From: a virus
Length of the DNA: 64,000 nt
Strand: one strand, 5' to 3'
Virus record (IMG/VR): IMGVR_UViG_3300042514_001262
Location: 37,888 to 101,887 of that record
The notes beneath the pieces were generated by a model. It searched no databases and had not been told where the DNA came from. It saw only the letters and a list, made by a program, of their open reading frames with translations. Each line of letters starts with the position of its first letter. The first letter of the stretch is position 1. Made by a program: the position numbers and the translations under genes. Below are positions 34,001 to 43,150 of this stretch, in pieces.

Positions 34001-35689
34001 TGATGAACTTTCAATTTTTCTAGCCAAATCTGTAGTGATAGCGGTTTCGTATTCCGAAAGTTTTCTATTTGCTTCCGTTTCCATTGCTGACAAAAGATTT
34101 TGGAAATTAGAAAAAATAAATAATGGTGGTACCACTTTATCTCCTAATGTATTTTCAAATCTTTTATCCGCAGTATCTTTTTCCAAATTTGATTTAATTT
34201 GTCCTACCAACAATTCTTGGGTTTTCAAAATATCATTCTCTGTTGGAGCAAAAATTCCATACAAAGAAGTTGTTGTTTTAACCAAATCGATATCTGTTAA
34301 CGCAACTTGTTTTACAAAAGTATTATAGGTTATACTATTTTTTATGGGTGTTTTACTATTAACCCCTAATGTTTTGTTTTCCGCTAAAGAATTTCTGAAC
34401 TGAATTGTATAACCACTTAATTGACTAATTGCCTCTTGTTTTATTGTAGGATTGTCTATAATTTCTTTTTTAAAAATATAACACTCTTGACCCGTACCTT
34501 GTAATATTATTGGTTTAGGGTTTATATAAGTATTGAACCAAGATTTATTACCTCCGTATATTGTATTAAAATAGTTGGTAAGGTTTTCCTTATATGTTCT
34601 AATATTAGTTAAGGGTTCTACAATAACAGGTGGGTATGATTCTTGAATTGTTTGTTCAAAACGAAGTAATTTATTCATCAATTGAGCTAAAGTCAATTCC
34701 GGAAAGTCAGGACTTACTAATCCTTTTGCTTTATATTCACTATAAACTTCTGAAATTTTTTGATACCCTTTTTCACTAACAACTTCACTATTAATATTAT
34801 CTGATGTTATATTTGATTGTTTAGATGTTACATTATCTACCGAATTAAGTTGGGTTTGTGTTGTTGCATTTCCAGCACCTTCAGGTGAAGTAACTGATTT
34901 TGAAACACTAAATGTTTTACTATACATATGTGGTGTTGCAAACAAACTACCCATTGATATTTCATTAAGAATGTTGAATTTATACCCAACAAACTCCAAT
35001 TCAATTCGATAGTTTCCACTGAAACTATTAAAACTGGCATTGAAAGTTTTTAAATTTAATTGATATCTTATAGCTTGTCCGTAATATCCTTTAAGAGTTA
35101 AGTAAAATGGGCAATAAGGTAAGTTAAAAAAAGCAGAGTAAGGTGAGTCGTTTCCAAGTTGGAAAAGTGCTCTTCCTTGAATATCTTCCAAAGATATACT
35201 TACACTTGGAACAAAAGATGTATTAGTTTTTACATTTATACTTGTCATACCCAATAAACCATTATCTGTGGCCTTTCCTCCCGGGTCAGTCAAAGTAGTT
35301 TTAACATATGGTTTTGTACCATCTTTTGGGTCAATAATTTCAAATTGTTGTTGATTATCACCTAAACCATTTACAGCACCTTTACCGGTCAACTCATCAT
35401 AATATCCTGTAGTTAAATTACTTTTTTCCGTTGGTCTTAAAAAATTCATTTTAGCAACAGAAATAGTTCTGATTCTATCTTCAGGACTTCCTCCCACAGA
35501 TAGTTTTGTTCTTGGGACCACTTCAGCCTCCAAATTGGCAAACATGACCAAATTTTCATGGTCAACCAATCTTTCTTTTACATTTTTTAAAGCATCAATA
35601 GTTTTGTTCGGGTCAACTAAAATAATATTGTTGTAATCGAACTCCACATATATATGCCCACTTTTGTCACCTTGTACACTACCTGCCAT
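28019..35689 (-). CDS. Giant baseplate hub protein (gp27/late-control-D-like) with C-terminal IPT/TIG domain
   Basis: 2556 aa; CQVECLGNALLQP...GPYLITQVNHAISQGSFKTTFTG hub-type motif; PPTITSFSPLSG..GTIVSIIG IPT/TIG motif. Confidence 0.65.
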   Translation of the reverse strand: MAGSVQGDKSGHIYVEFDYNNIILVDPNKTIDALKNVKERLVDHENLVMFANLEAEVVPRTKLSVGGSPEDRIRTISVAKMNFLRPTEKSNLTTGYYDELTGKGAVNGLGDNQQQFEIIDPKDGTKPYVKTTLTDPGGKATDNGLLGMTSINVKTNTSFVPSVSISLEDIQGRALFQLGNDSPYSAFFNLPYCPFYLTLKGYYGQAIRYQLNLKTFNASFNSFSGNYRIELEFVGYKFNILNEISMGSLFATPHMYSKTFSVSKSVTSPEGAGNATTQTQLNSVDNVTSKQSNITSDNINSEVVSEKGYQKISEVYSEYKAKGLVSPDFPELTLAQLMNKLLRFEQTIQESYPPVIVEPLTNIRTYKENLTNYFNTIYGGNKSWFNTYINPKPIILQGTGQECYIFKKEIIDNPTIKQEAISQLSGYTIQFRNSLAENKTLGVNSKTPIKNSITYNTFVKQVALTDIDLVKTTTSLYGIFAPTENDILKTQELLVGQIKSNLEKDTADKRFENTLGDKVVPPLFIFSNFQNLLSAMETEANRKLSEYETAITTDLARKIESSSTGIGFKPTVRNICAVIMASAEGFIRLLDEVHTNAWNVRYDPVRKNAILNNPSSAKGTDTLDDTKISPTAQDSNQGLVNGQIPVYPWPQFFVETPEDKKGRFQLKYIADPSVVNLTKGFSFEKWPEVEFVEEYMKGLAQKFAQPVVQPPIDSQNTTNIINVNAIEYPSEGIAYVNKEEIKFFYEIWERQFLSSNYSGFVRANNNQLEQLTKLIVSAETNNIVTGLGVSSPYLTLKLKNYNITAQNYPTFLKTISNQGTGRAYQDYIRDFFVTPYIKNLTENSFNILSLTDLGKEPQTNTKTEGLLQLVKGANNEPLVIDTYPFTDPTWVSTHMANSVDNAKNAVYNTNKVLTVFEDRDVISNFNSVYDYSTNRPVTNFSYLKVSNPANQVAVTNLSVFYDTRKDPDFFVPTEGYVNYLSPSKNISVETTTSMLNTPYFVNAIQNGVYQWRKKDPYPYTQAAYLFINSLPLASLKEKYKTLGASSDLDYIASCFKKYGAIHKMPYAWVLKMGSIWYRYKTYKTSNVDILDTCWKDFAFKTNFDPITSSDTKTYTFKFDGENKITLQNVSNNITSLQTGFYPKVINDFNVFYNGYDLYVNYTDAEIQTSIDNGVKVFNFTDSNINAQTIAFPITTPISYSKIQTWSVILPSVIGPPITDGAICNPSNNTNSLKYYVVPSFGSSINQVNSECLVANEPKCPFIDNPSIYNGSVRLLWSSPNFGYFNNSQIAKPQPDAYVNKIQTGTTKQSPFNLLIDGDYSKIEEIFSVFDKSVLDKFEQEFLNFSKSVADIDLGVQPNLQIGQSPVDPNALFKNFQNLFTNMMEIEPQNSTLTTGQYFNTIGEKQLVLFSSTIKAFMEYDVILKYGNPSGYRRRTFASYLAQGNNPYPITDPIVFNPYVKNSLPSSSGSISLGTSKAQNAAAWLALETQVGFSTIPNLVYDDNGSYITDFFIDNNIEFTENNVVLLSPIIKMYATQKLYTPNLSNDVFKNRLQTYLGTTDVFQNNILNQVLNNVRVALPNQQELPERVIQSVIDGQQSKVENYEVFKALNDKWIAGSDYVSKTLFEDVMFLDRASRNIGDTIIVDIFDLKDMFSENSLNMEMSVFTFMSGLLIENKFNVMPLPAYVNFYNIQDVDGTTIPQPEGNLDFADNMWGTFLNVDYRNSGPKMICFYAGQPSSHLDLPKGNSRFRDDAFELRRASDNPLIENQVNKKDWAISNKCVGFNVDVGIRNQNIFYSLNVSMDSGKATSESLQTQLNMVDQANGRNVATQNISLYNLYKQRSYQCQVECLGNALLQPTMYFNLRHVPMFNGPYLITQVNHAISQGSFKTTFTGTRQGIYDLPAIENYLQSINKNLLSKIEAIIKSKKTEVDIKPVTDAGSAKLVSQTGDSTPAAENSCSEKLNSAFVYWGDAKKSTPSPLSSGEFANKIKSKTTNDNLQVLIYIICYIQTFQGKQFYGYNNNFVNLPLTNDYGQGNSYFISKTYSCVNINTPANKQLSLPIANFENVDTFLDFMISRLSNNVERVFGGQSGTGIAIDKYYACYWDGTYETTSESYYDSHLSEFNTLQTKVAEGFKSAGSVGLNVDSITQARKEDKKQKEKIENTYAGITTTPNNLNTTIIPVICVPPTITSFSPLSGISGTIVSIIGKDLDQVIGATINGVTTTTGITINNSFNISVIVPYSNTTVAQNNSIIVLGTHGDSASVVNFTYNPAQVTPVPSNPNNSNTQPQQTGPVTLDGQTQTSTGGVTQQLTVSVNPQAAALNTWTLEQNVTMIISVYDNSVVNNTTTQTLNRTVTTTVSNYVSGNVFTMTYNNVEGMLVNNPIPQFQTAPIKEGQIANIKFTVTAVPTDKVKNPQNVSQSFNFAFRPISSTTQTQPGALFKVSETYGENLPNFNGDDYYNIKKPTGGYITYQFTCKGLISKGGAEVYSIPSVDKQNIKITNNTDTKYTNVIELNSVGAFQLEVRYTSEDYVVTDTTSSNFGKPINGSVTSPPFTL

Positions 35690-36002
35690 AATAATAAAAA
35701 TAATTAGCTAACTCCGCTTTATAATCCTGTAAAGAAGGTAGGAGAGGAAAAGGAATAATCAATACCGCACCATCATAAATATAATTTTCTAAACCACCAA
35801 ATTGAGGATTAGCTTGTAAAATCAACCATCCAAAATATGGTGAGTTATAGAACTCTTGAGATATAATATCTAACCTACTTCTACCAACTTTATATACATA
35901 TGTTTGGTCAGTGGTTTTTTGAGGTATTTGCACAAAAGGAACAACGGTTTGTTCACCATTGATTAAGAATTCACTGTATCTGTTCCAATATTGATATCCC
36001 AT
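35679..36002 (-). CDS. LysM-like baseplate protein (T4 gp53 / P2 gpX-like)
   Basis: RLDIISQEFYNSPYFGWLILQANP...GAVLIIP. Confidence 0.85.
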   Translation of the reverse strand: MGYQYWNRYSEFLINGEQTVVPFVQIPQKTTDQTYVYKVGRSRLDIISQEFYNSPYFGWLILQANPQFGGLENYIYDGAVLIIPFPLLPSLQDYKAELANYFYYYGR

Positions 36003-39000
36003 TAGTTAAGTTTCGCTTTTGATATAAATACATTTGCAGGACTTTCGTCATTCCATGTTTTATTATTTGTGTTTTGGTTACCTGTCGCACCCAATCCTTT
36101 TATCAATGATTGTTGAGCATCTGTATTTGCATTCTCTGTTGTATAAGTAAATGTTCTTTTCTTTTTAAGACTAAATGGCGTATATTTTAAGAAATCTTTT
36201 AATCTATTTTTTTCCATATCCTCAATAAACGCTTTAGTAATTGTGTTTTCTTCTTCAAAAACAGATTTAACACTTACTTGATTAGGTGAACCTACTAACC
36301 AATACTCATCAAACGCATTACTAATAGCATTACCATCACCTTTTGTTAAAGCGGTATTATTAAGTATATTACCAATTAACGCATTTTTAAATGATTCATA
36401 TTTTTTACTATCGGTAACATCATTAGAAACAATCATATAAACTCTTCTAAAAACATAACCATTAGTATTACTATCAAATAATGAATTAGTACTAAATGGT
36501 GTGAATACTTGTTCTGTTGGGAACTTATAATTTGGTTCAAAAACTAATTTACCTGTATACGATTTAGCGTTGTATGTAAAAGTATTTGCACTCCATACAA
36601 CAGTATTAAATTCAGTGATACCACTTTTTATCTTTTTAATATCATTAATAAGTTCATTCATAGTGTTTGTAACACCTTGTGAACTTGGGTCTACTTCTGT
36701 TGTTCCTGATATTATATAAGAAACAACTTTTCCATCTTTTATTTGGTACCCATCAGTACCTGTGTCCGAATACCCAGGTACATTATATGATATAGTATTT
36801 ACCCTTCCAATATATCCAATATAACTTTGTTGAACGGAAACCATACCATTTGTTATGTTAGTAACAGCACTTTGAAAAGAACTTCTTTTGTTTTTAACAA
36901 AATTTGAATAGTTTTCTTGAACTTGGTTAACTAACCGATTTGAAAAATTTTTAGAAGGGTTCGAAATAAATTGAATAAATCCTTCATTTCCGTCTTTGAT
37001 GTCTTTCTCTAGTTGTCCAAAAATCTCATCAGTTCTTTTTTCTAAATTATAAGATTTACCAAATAAAATGGTGGGACTGTCTTTAGTTAATGTAAAATTA
37101 CCATTCTGATATGTCCTTTCCATCATCCATTGTTGACGAACGGCATTATTATATTGGTTTAAAGTTTCTCTATTTTTATTAACAACATTTGTAAAATATG
37201 ATTGTGTTTGTAATACCACCATATCCATAAATGTACTATAATTTATAGAACCAGTTTGACCTGTTTGACTTATAACATTACTTGTAACCGTACCAATTGG
37301 TTTATCATTACTTTGACCATTTTGTACTGGAGCTTGATTTATTGTCGGTGGTTGGACATTACTTCCAATTGTTTTAAGGAAATCGGCATCAATAACTTGA
37401 TAACTTAAATCCGTTGTGTCCGCTCTATCATCGTAAATTTCAGTATTAGCATAATAATTAAAAGTCAACGCGTTTTGTAATTTATCCACAGATTCTTTTA
37501 ATCCACTACCCCCAACAAAATTAAACGCTAATGTAACATTCGCAATCATTGGTTGAACTCCAATACCTTCAGGATTAATATCCAGATTTTCATAAGTGAT
37601 ACCCAATGATGTTGGGATTATTTTAGTATTATAAAAATCGCCTACTCTTAAAATCAATACTGGTGGTGCACCAAATGATGTATTTGTAGCATTACTATAG
37701 TCAGGGGCTGTAGTACCATTAACATTTTTAATTGTCGGAATGGTATCTCCAGGTCTCATACATTGTTGTAAGAAAGTCAATCTTGAGTTTAAACCTTCAG
37801 GTGTTATTGAGTGGAACGCTGGTTGGAAAAACTTGAGTTTGTCTTTCAAGTTATCATAAACCATTGGAGTATCTTGTTTTATAGTTTCAAAATAATCACA
37901 CTCAGATAATAAAGCTCGTAAAACTTTTTTACTTATATTGTTAGTGTCTTTTCTAACAACATTTGCCTCTGTTACAGGTTCGGTTTCAGTTTTTGTTACA
38001 ACATTACCTGTAACAACAGTAGTTTGTTTTGCCGGTAAAACCGCTGCGGGCGCTTTTAATGTTGATTGTATATTTGAGATATACGCTCTTCTGCAAGCCA
38101 TTGCGTTTGTAGTATAAATGTCTTTATTTAAAGATTGACTATTACCATCATTATCCCCACAAGACACACTACTACCAGGGACAAATTTTTGAGTTTTTTC
38201 GTCGTACCTTAATACTTGTGTAAATTCACCAAATCCTTGACCGACTTTAACAATCAATCTTTGTGGTGTCCCTGTTACGTATTTTGTCATCTTACTATTA
38301 CCTGTAATGTATATTGCCGCTGAGTTAATTCTCTTAGCGGATAAAATGTTGTTGTATGCCTGTTTTGCCGATGGTGAAGTACTACTATCAATTGTAATTG
38401 TTACAGTACCTTCAGGATTATTTTTAAATTGTTTGTCTAACTCATCTATCAATTCATCAATTTTATTTTTGTTTGGTGTAACTACACTATCAAAAAAAGA
38501 CGAAGTTTGTTGAGCAGTACTAGGTGATTGTTCACTATAGTATGTTTTTTGTCCAATATATGGTGTATAGGTATTTATAAAGTTTTCATTAAATTCCGCT
38601 GGTTTATCATTATTAAAATAAAACCCTACTTGTTCAAAACTTTTAAGTGTTGATTCAGGCGCACTACCAGTACCTTTATCACCAGATACTTGTGGTATTG
38701 TTTCAATTGTATTAACTGTATATTCAATTTGTTCTCTTGTTAATTCTTTTGAGGACAAAGCTTGTTGTATATCAAACAAGTCATTTGGTGGTATAGTATA
38801 ATATTTTTTAGCTAACTCATACAAGTCGTATTTTCTACATCCTGCAAAAAACGATTCCAATATAGAATCAATTCTAGTTTTATTTGTTTGGTCAGCCAAA
38901 ACTTTATTAACAATCACATTCAAAACTGAAGGATGGTCAACAACTATTTTCCACTGTAAGCTACCAGTTCTACTTGTATTTTTATATGTGTAAATTGGTT

Positions 39001-41044
39001 CAGGTCTTCCAATAAAATCATTACCTTGCCAATTCGCGCTTACGGTCTCACTAAATGTTAATCCATACGGTGGGAACCACATTACTCTACCTCCATTAGG
39101 TCCTCTTTCACACACTGGTAAATCACCAACCCTAAAACCTGGTGTATTAGATGTTGTCCAAGCCAAGTTTTCAAGTGAGAACATATATTTTTTTGCCTTA
39201 GCATTATTATATGAACCAATCAAGTTAGTTGAATCTTGTCCCCCTTCTTGTTTGTTTGGTGAAATGTTTAGGTTGTAAGCTTTATCTAAAACAGAATACG
39301 AAAATCTTCTACCTTCAGTAACAATACCATCTTGTTTTTGTAAATCATTATATTGTAGATATGGAATATCTTTTGCAAATACTCTACAGTATTCAGTCCC
39401 AACTTCTTGTCCGATAGAACCTGTATATTTAATAACTCTTGAACCCTTGGTTAATTCTTTATAACCGTCATTGAATACTTTACTCACTTGGTCAATGGCA
39501 TTACCAACATGTTGTAATCTTTTACCTCCTTGAGGTTGGCTATCTATGATTCTTTGTGTGTCATCAAGAATGGAACCTTGTCTAAAAGTTCTTTCAGTTG
39601 ATTCTGTTGAATTATAAGATGAAGGTTTAAAATCCTCATCTTGATTCATGATTTCACCACCGATACCAACTTTCTTACCCGCATTACCTTTGTATTTTGG
39701 AGATACCCATGTAAATCCACCCTCAATACCGCCACCATTACTATATGTTGGACCGTTAGCACCTAACCTAACATCTTTACTTGGACCTTCGTATAGTTGA
39801 GCCAATTCTTGTGGACCATATACAGGTGATTGTTGTTCATTACCAAAAGCGTCAACAGGTAACGCACGGCTTGGTGAAAACACTCTCGTTGGGTCAGAAG
39901 TATCTGAACCAATATAGAAATTTGAATTGTTAGTTTGAGTTCCAACAAGCGCACCTCCAAGTCGGTCAACTAGTGTTCTATCGTAATTAGGTTTATATCT
40001 ATTATAATTTATGTTTTTCCATAAAATAGATTTTTGACCAGCACCAGTATTATTGTAAAATATTTGAGTTCCTGTCTTACCTGCGCCTAATAAATTACTT
40101 ACAAAATTACCTACAGCTGCTAATGGATTGGCAAGTAAAGATTGTTGTATTGTTGTTGGTGAAGGTGGATTGATATTTGGGTCAAAATATGAACCAGGTA
40201 TCAAAGAAAAAGGCAATAAACTTCCTCCCAATCTTAATGCAAAATCAGCAGATGCAGTTATTGGATTTGATGGAACGGTAATTTGATAGTTTGGTTCTAT
40301 AATTGGAACATTACCTGTTAAAATGTTAACAAGATTTGTACTACTATTAACATTTAATATATTTGCTCGTCCAATAGTTTCTCTAATAATGGCTCTACCA
40401 ATTCTATCTTCAAATTCCTTTTTGAGCGTTTTAGCACCCAATCTAGCAATAAATGAATCTTGACTTAATAAACCATTACTACCCGTTGGGTCAGGGTTTA
40501 ATAAAATTGATAATGGTGTATAAGATGAAGGGTTAAATACTGATGGATATGGTTGGTTATTATATAATGCTTTAATACCACCTGGTATTGTACTTGAAAT
40601 TGTATCAGGTGTAGTAATATAAACACCCGCATCATATTGTTGTAATCCTCCATTACCAAACGCATTAGCCGCAATATAAGGTGTGGTAATACCTGCAAAA
40701 CCTTTTTGAGCCGCTATTTTTGCTTGGTCAATTATATGAGCATCTTGTTGTCCTGGTCCATACTCACCTTGATTTGATTTTGTATTTAAGTTACCCGAAA
40801 CATCAGGTGCTTGTTTGTAACCACCTTCACTTCCCCATTGATTAAGTGGGTATTGCTTATCAGCAAAAAATGTTGTATCAATTAAGAAATCAGGACTATC
40901 AATAACAGATAAATCTGATTGTACCACCTCATAAGTAATAGGAGGCGTAGCCTTATTAGGGGATTTAGCATAAGGTACTAAATTCCTTGTTATAAGTTTT
41001 TTTCTAAAACCTTCCGTACTAATATAATCTAATGGACTACCCAT
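36002..41044 (-). CDS. Baseplate tube-initiator-like protein with inserted OmpA-like domain
   Basis: 1680 aa after the tape measure gene; FSETVSANW...FIGRPEPIYTYKNTSRTGSL and GAPPVLILRVGD tube-initiator halves flank an OmpA-C-like segment (YFNND...YNNILSAKR...RRA). Confidence 0.65.
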   Translation of the reverse strand: MGSPLDYISTEGFRKKLITRNLVPYAKSPNKATPPITYEVVQSDLSVIDSPDFLIDTTFFADKQYPLNQWGSEGGYKQAPDVSGNLNTKSNQGEYGPGQQDAHIIDQAKIAAQKGFAGITTPYIAANAFGNGGLQQYDAGVYITTPDTISSTIPGGIKALYNNQPYPSVFNPSSYTPLSILLNPDPTGSNGLLSQDSFIARLGAKTLKKEFEDRIGRAIIRETIGRANILNVNSSTNLVNILTGNVPIIEPNYQITVPSNPITASADFALRLGGSLLPFSLIPGSYFDPNINPPSPTTIQQSLLANPLAAVGNFVSNLLGAGKTGTQIFYNNTGAGQKSILWKNINYNRYKPNYDRTLVDRLGGALVGTQTNNSNFYIGSDTSDPTRVFSPSRALPVDAFGNEQQSPVYGPQELAQLYEGPSKDVRLGANGPTYSNGGGIEGGFTWVSPKYKGNAGKKVGIGGEIMNQDEDFKPSSYNSTESTERTFRQGSILDDTQRIIDSQPQGGKRLQHVGNAIDQVSKVFNDGYKELTKGSRVIKYTGSIGQEVGTEYCRVFAKDIPYLQYNDLQKQDGIVTEGRRFSYSVLDKAYNLNISPNKQEGGQDSTNLIGSYNNAKAKKYMFSLENLAWTTSNTPGFRVGDLPVCERGPNGGRVMWFPPYGLTFSETVSANWQGNDFIGRPEPIYTYKNTSRTGSLQWKIVVDHPSVLNVIVNKVLADQTNKTRIDSILESFFAGCRKYDLYELAKKYYTIPPNDLFDIQQALSSKELTREQIEYTVNTIETIPQVSGDKGTGSAPESTLKSFEQVGFYFNNDKPAEFNENFINTYTPYIGQKTYYSEQSPSTAQQTSSFFDSVVTPNKNKIDELIDELDKQFKNNPEGTVTITIDSSTSPSAKQAYNNILSAKRINSAAIYITGNSKMTKYVTGTPQRLIVKVGQGFGEFTQVLRYDEKTQKFVPGSSVSCGDNDGNSQSLNKDIYTTNAMACRRAYISNIQSTLKAPAAVLPAKQTTVVTGNVVTKTETEPVTEANVVRKDTNNISKKVLRALLSECDYFETIKQDTPMVYDNLKDKLKFFQPAFHSITPEGLNSRLTFLQQCMRPGDTIPTIKNVNGTTAPDYSNATNTSFGAPPVLILRVGDFYNTKIIPTSLGITYENLDINPEGIGVQPMIANVTLAFNFVGGSGLKESVDKLQNALTFNYYANTEIYDDRADTTDLSYQVIDADFLKTIGSNVQPPTINQAPVQNGQSNDKPIGTVTSNVISQTGQTGSINYSTFMDMVVLQTQSYFTNVVNKNRETLNQYNNAVRQQWMMERTYQNGNFTLTKDSPTILFGKSYNLEKRTDEIFGQLEKDIKDGNEGFIQFISNPSKNFSNRLVNQVQENYSNFVKNKRSSFQSAVTNITNGMVSVQQSYIGYIGRVNTISYNVPGYSDTGTDGYQIKDGKVVSYIISGTTEVDPSSQGVTNTMNELINDIKKIKSGITEFNTVVWSANTFTYNAKSYTGKLVFEPNYKFPTEQVFTPFSTNSLFDSNTNGYVFRRVYMIVSNDVTDSKKYESFKNALIGNILNNTALTKGDGNAISNAFDEYWLVGSPNQVSVKSVFEEENTITKAFIEDMEKNRLKDFLKYTPFSLKKKRTFTYTTENANTDAQQSLIKGLGATGNQNTNNKTWNDESPANVFISKAKLN

Positions 41045-41087
41045 CTATACTTTTACTAATAAATAGGTTAATAGTATTTTTTTATCA

Positions 41088-42926
41088 TTAACCATAACTA
41101 ACAACACCTTGATTTTTACCTTCTGTATTTGATTTGCCTACCTTTACAATATATTGTTTAAACTCTTGACTGTTAAACACATCATTTAATTGTTTTTGGG
41201 ACACTCCTGAGGGAGTTTTTACATCAATAGTGATTGTACCACCAAAATTTACTTCTGAATTCACTTGTTTTTGTTGGGATAATGTTTCGTTATATTTTTT
41301 TTTGGTACTTAATGCTTGTTCTATTGTTATAGGTTTTGATTTTGTTTGAGTTCCAGATATTACCCCTGTTTTAGTATTTGTTGGGGTTGTAGTACTTCCA
41401 GTCTTTCCTAATATAGCTTCTTTAAATAAGTTTTCAACTTGGCTATTCCCTCTCAATCCTGTTGCAGTTTGTTTTGCCAAATCTTGAATTACTTTAAACA
41501 TTTTGTCATCCATATTTGAACTTTTTTGTAACAATGTTTCTTTCATTTTATTTATAGATTCTCCGAAAGTTATGGATTGAAAACCATCTTTCATTCCAGT
41601 TGACAAAACATTTTGTATATTTTCAACCACACCCTTAACCCCTAATCTTATTTCATCACTTTCAGGAACCATTTTTTGAGCATTACTAGCAAAATTTTTA
41701 ACTATACTTGTTAAACCCTCAATGTTTGCTGCTTGGGAACTTGCCAATCCAAGAACCAATTTATCTTTTATCGCTCTAATATCGGCTTCAATAGATTTTG
41801 TAAAACCCAATTGACTTTTTTGAATCTCTTCCATTGTTTTTGGAGCATCTTTTTGTTGTTTGATTAATTCGTCAAATTCTTCTTGGTTAAGGTTTTGTAA
41901 CTCTTTTTTAGTATTATCTTTAAGAGTTACTTCATATTGACCTTTTTCACCCATTTTTGCAATATTTGCAAGGTATTGTTTGTCTTCTTCGTTTGCAAAT
42001 TTTAATCCCGCCGTTTTAACTTGTGATAATCTTCTATCCAAATCAGCGGCAGCCAATCCCATTTTACTCATCTCAGCCGCACTAACACCAATTTCAGTTT
42101 CCATTTCCCTCAATGTTAGAACACCCTGAGGATTTATTTTAAATGATTGTGTTTTTTCGTCAAAATATGTAAATGATTTTGCAACGTCTGCCAAGCTATT
42201 TTGTAAACCAGATGGGTCATTGATTGATTGGTTCATCAACGCAAATGGGTCCGCTAAATTACCTACGGACACCCCTAATCTTTGAAACGCTGCCGCAACG
42301 TCTATAGCTTTTCCGGGGTCCAAAACTTTATTTGCTAACTCAAAAGTTTGTTTCATATCAAATCTTAACATTGAAGCTTGAGCAGCCATTTTAGCTAAAC
42401 CAGCAACACCACCTTCAAATTGGAAACGATTCATTTGTCCCATATTAGCAGTAACGTCTTTCATTACTGATGTTGCGTTTAACCCAACACTTTGAATATA
42501 TCCAATTGAATCCTCTAAATTTACACCGATTTGAGATGTTTCATACCCAACATCTTTAAAACTACTGACTAATGCGCCACTGGTGGTATTCAAAACTTTT
42601 GCTGATGCATACAATTTTGCAACCACATTTTCATTTTCTATTACATTTCTATTAGATGATGCAGCAATTTCACTCATAGTGACCGCCACATCTTGTAAAT
42701 TACCACCTAAACTTTCAACTCCAGCAGCACTATCAACGAATGCCAAATTCATTTCAATAATTCTTGACCTAGCTAAACCAAAATTTTTGTTTAACAGGTT
42801 TCCACCTGCAACCATGGCATCAAAACCATCTACAATAGTTTGAAGTGGATTTAAAAGTGATACTACAGTACTTTCTAAATCTTTAATATCGTTTTTTTTA
42901 CTATCTAAATTTTCTTCTGTTGCCAT
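41088..42926 (-). CDS. Tape measure protein
   Basis: 612 aa, Ala/Leu/Gln-rich and helical; canonical position after tube and chaperone genes. Confidence 0.8.
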   Translation of the reverse strand: MATEENLDSKKNDIKDLESTVVSLLNPLQTIVDGFDAMVAGGNLLNKNFGLARSRIIEMNLAFVDSAAGVESLGGNLQDVAVTMSEIAASSNRNVIENENVVAKLYASAKVLNTTSGALVSSFKDVGYETSQIGVNLEDSIGYIQSVGLNATSVMKDVTANMGQMNRFQFEGGVAGLAKMAAQASMLRFDMKQTFELANKVLDPGKAIDVAAAFQRLGVSVGNLADPFALMNQSINDPSGLQNSLADVAKSFTYFDEKTQSFKINPQGVLTLREMETEIGVSAAEMSKMGLAAADLDRRLSQVKTAGLKFANEEDKQYLANIAKMGEKGQYEVTLKDNTKKELQNLNQEEFDELIKQQKDAPKTMEEIQKSQLGFTKSIEADIRAIKDKLVLGLASSQAANIEGLTSIVKNFASNAQKMVPESDEIRLGVKGVVENIQNVLSTGMKDGFQSITFGESINKMKETLLQKSSNMDDKMFKVIQDLAKQTATGLRGNSQVENLFKEAILGKTGSTTTPTNTKTGVISGTQTKSKPITIEQALSTKKKYNETLSQQKQVNSEVNFGGTITIDVKTPSGVSQKQLNDVFNSQEFKQYIVKVGKSNTEGKNQGVVSYG

Positions 42927-42954
42927 AATTTTTTTTACATTTCTATATAAATAG

Positions 42955-42982
42955 AAGAAGGACTAAAAAATTAGTCCTTCTT
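42955..42982 (-). terminator. 12-bp hairpin spanning the stop codon of the small chaperone ORF
   Basis: AAGAAGGACTAA-N4-TTAGTCCTTCTT perfect inverted repeat. Confidence 0.6.
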
Positions 42983-43150
42983 ATTCTCTTGAATCCATTT
43001 ATCAAGTAAATACTTTCTAACAAACACCGGCATTTGTTGGAAATCTTGATATGTGATTTTCATAAGGGTGTTTAAATAATAAAATTCGTCAATTTGATTT
43101 TTTCTATAATCAGAAGAAAGGACGAAAAAAGTCAACCCCGAAACCAACAT
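42971..43150 (-). CDS. Second tail-assembly chaperone ORF (59 aa, or frameshift extension of the upstream gene)
   Basis: Below the ORF-track cutoff; reads (MLVSGLTFFV)LSSDYRKNQIDEFYYLNTLMKITYQDFQQMPVFVRKYLLDKWIQENKKD*. Its position and MP...R motif fit chaperone 'GT' segments. Confidence 0.7.
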   Translation of the reverse strand: MLVSGLTFFVLSSDYRKNQIDEFYYLNTLMKITYQDFQQMPVFVRKYLLDKWIQENKKD

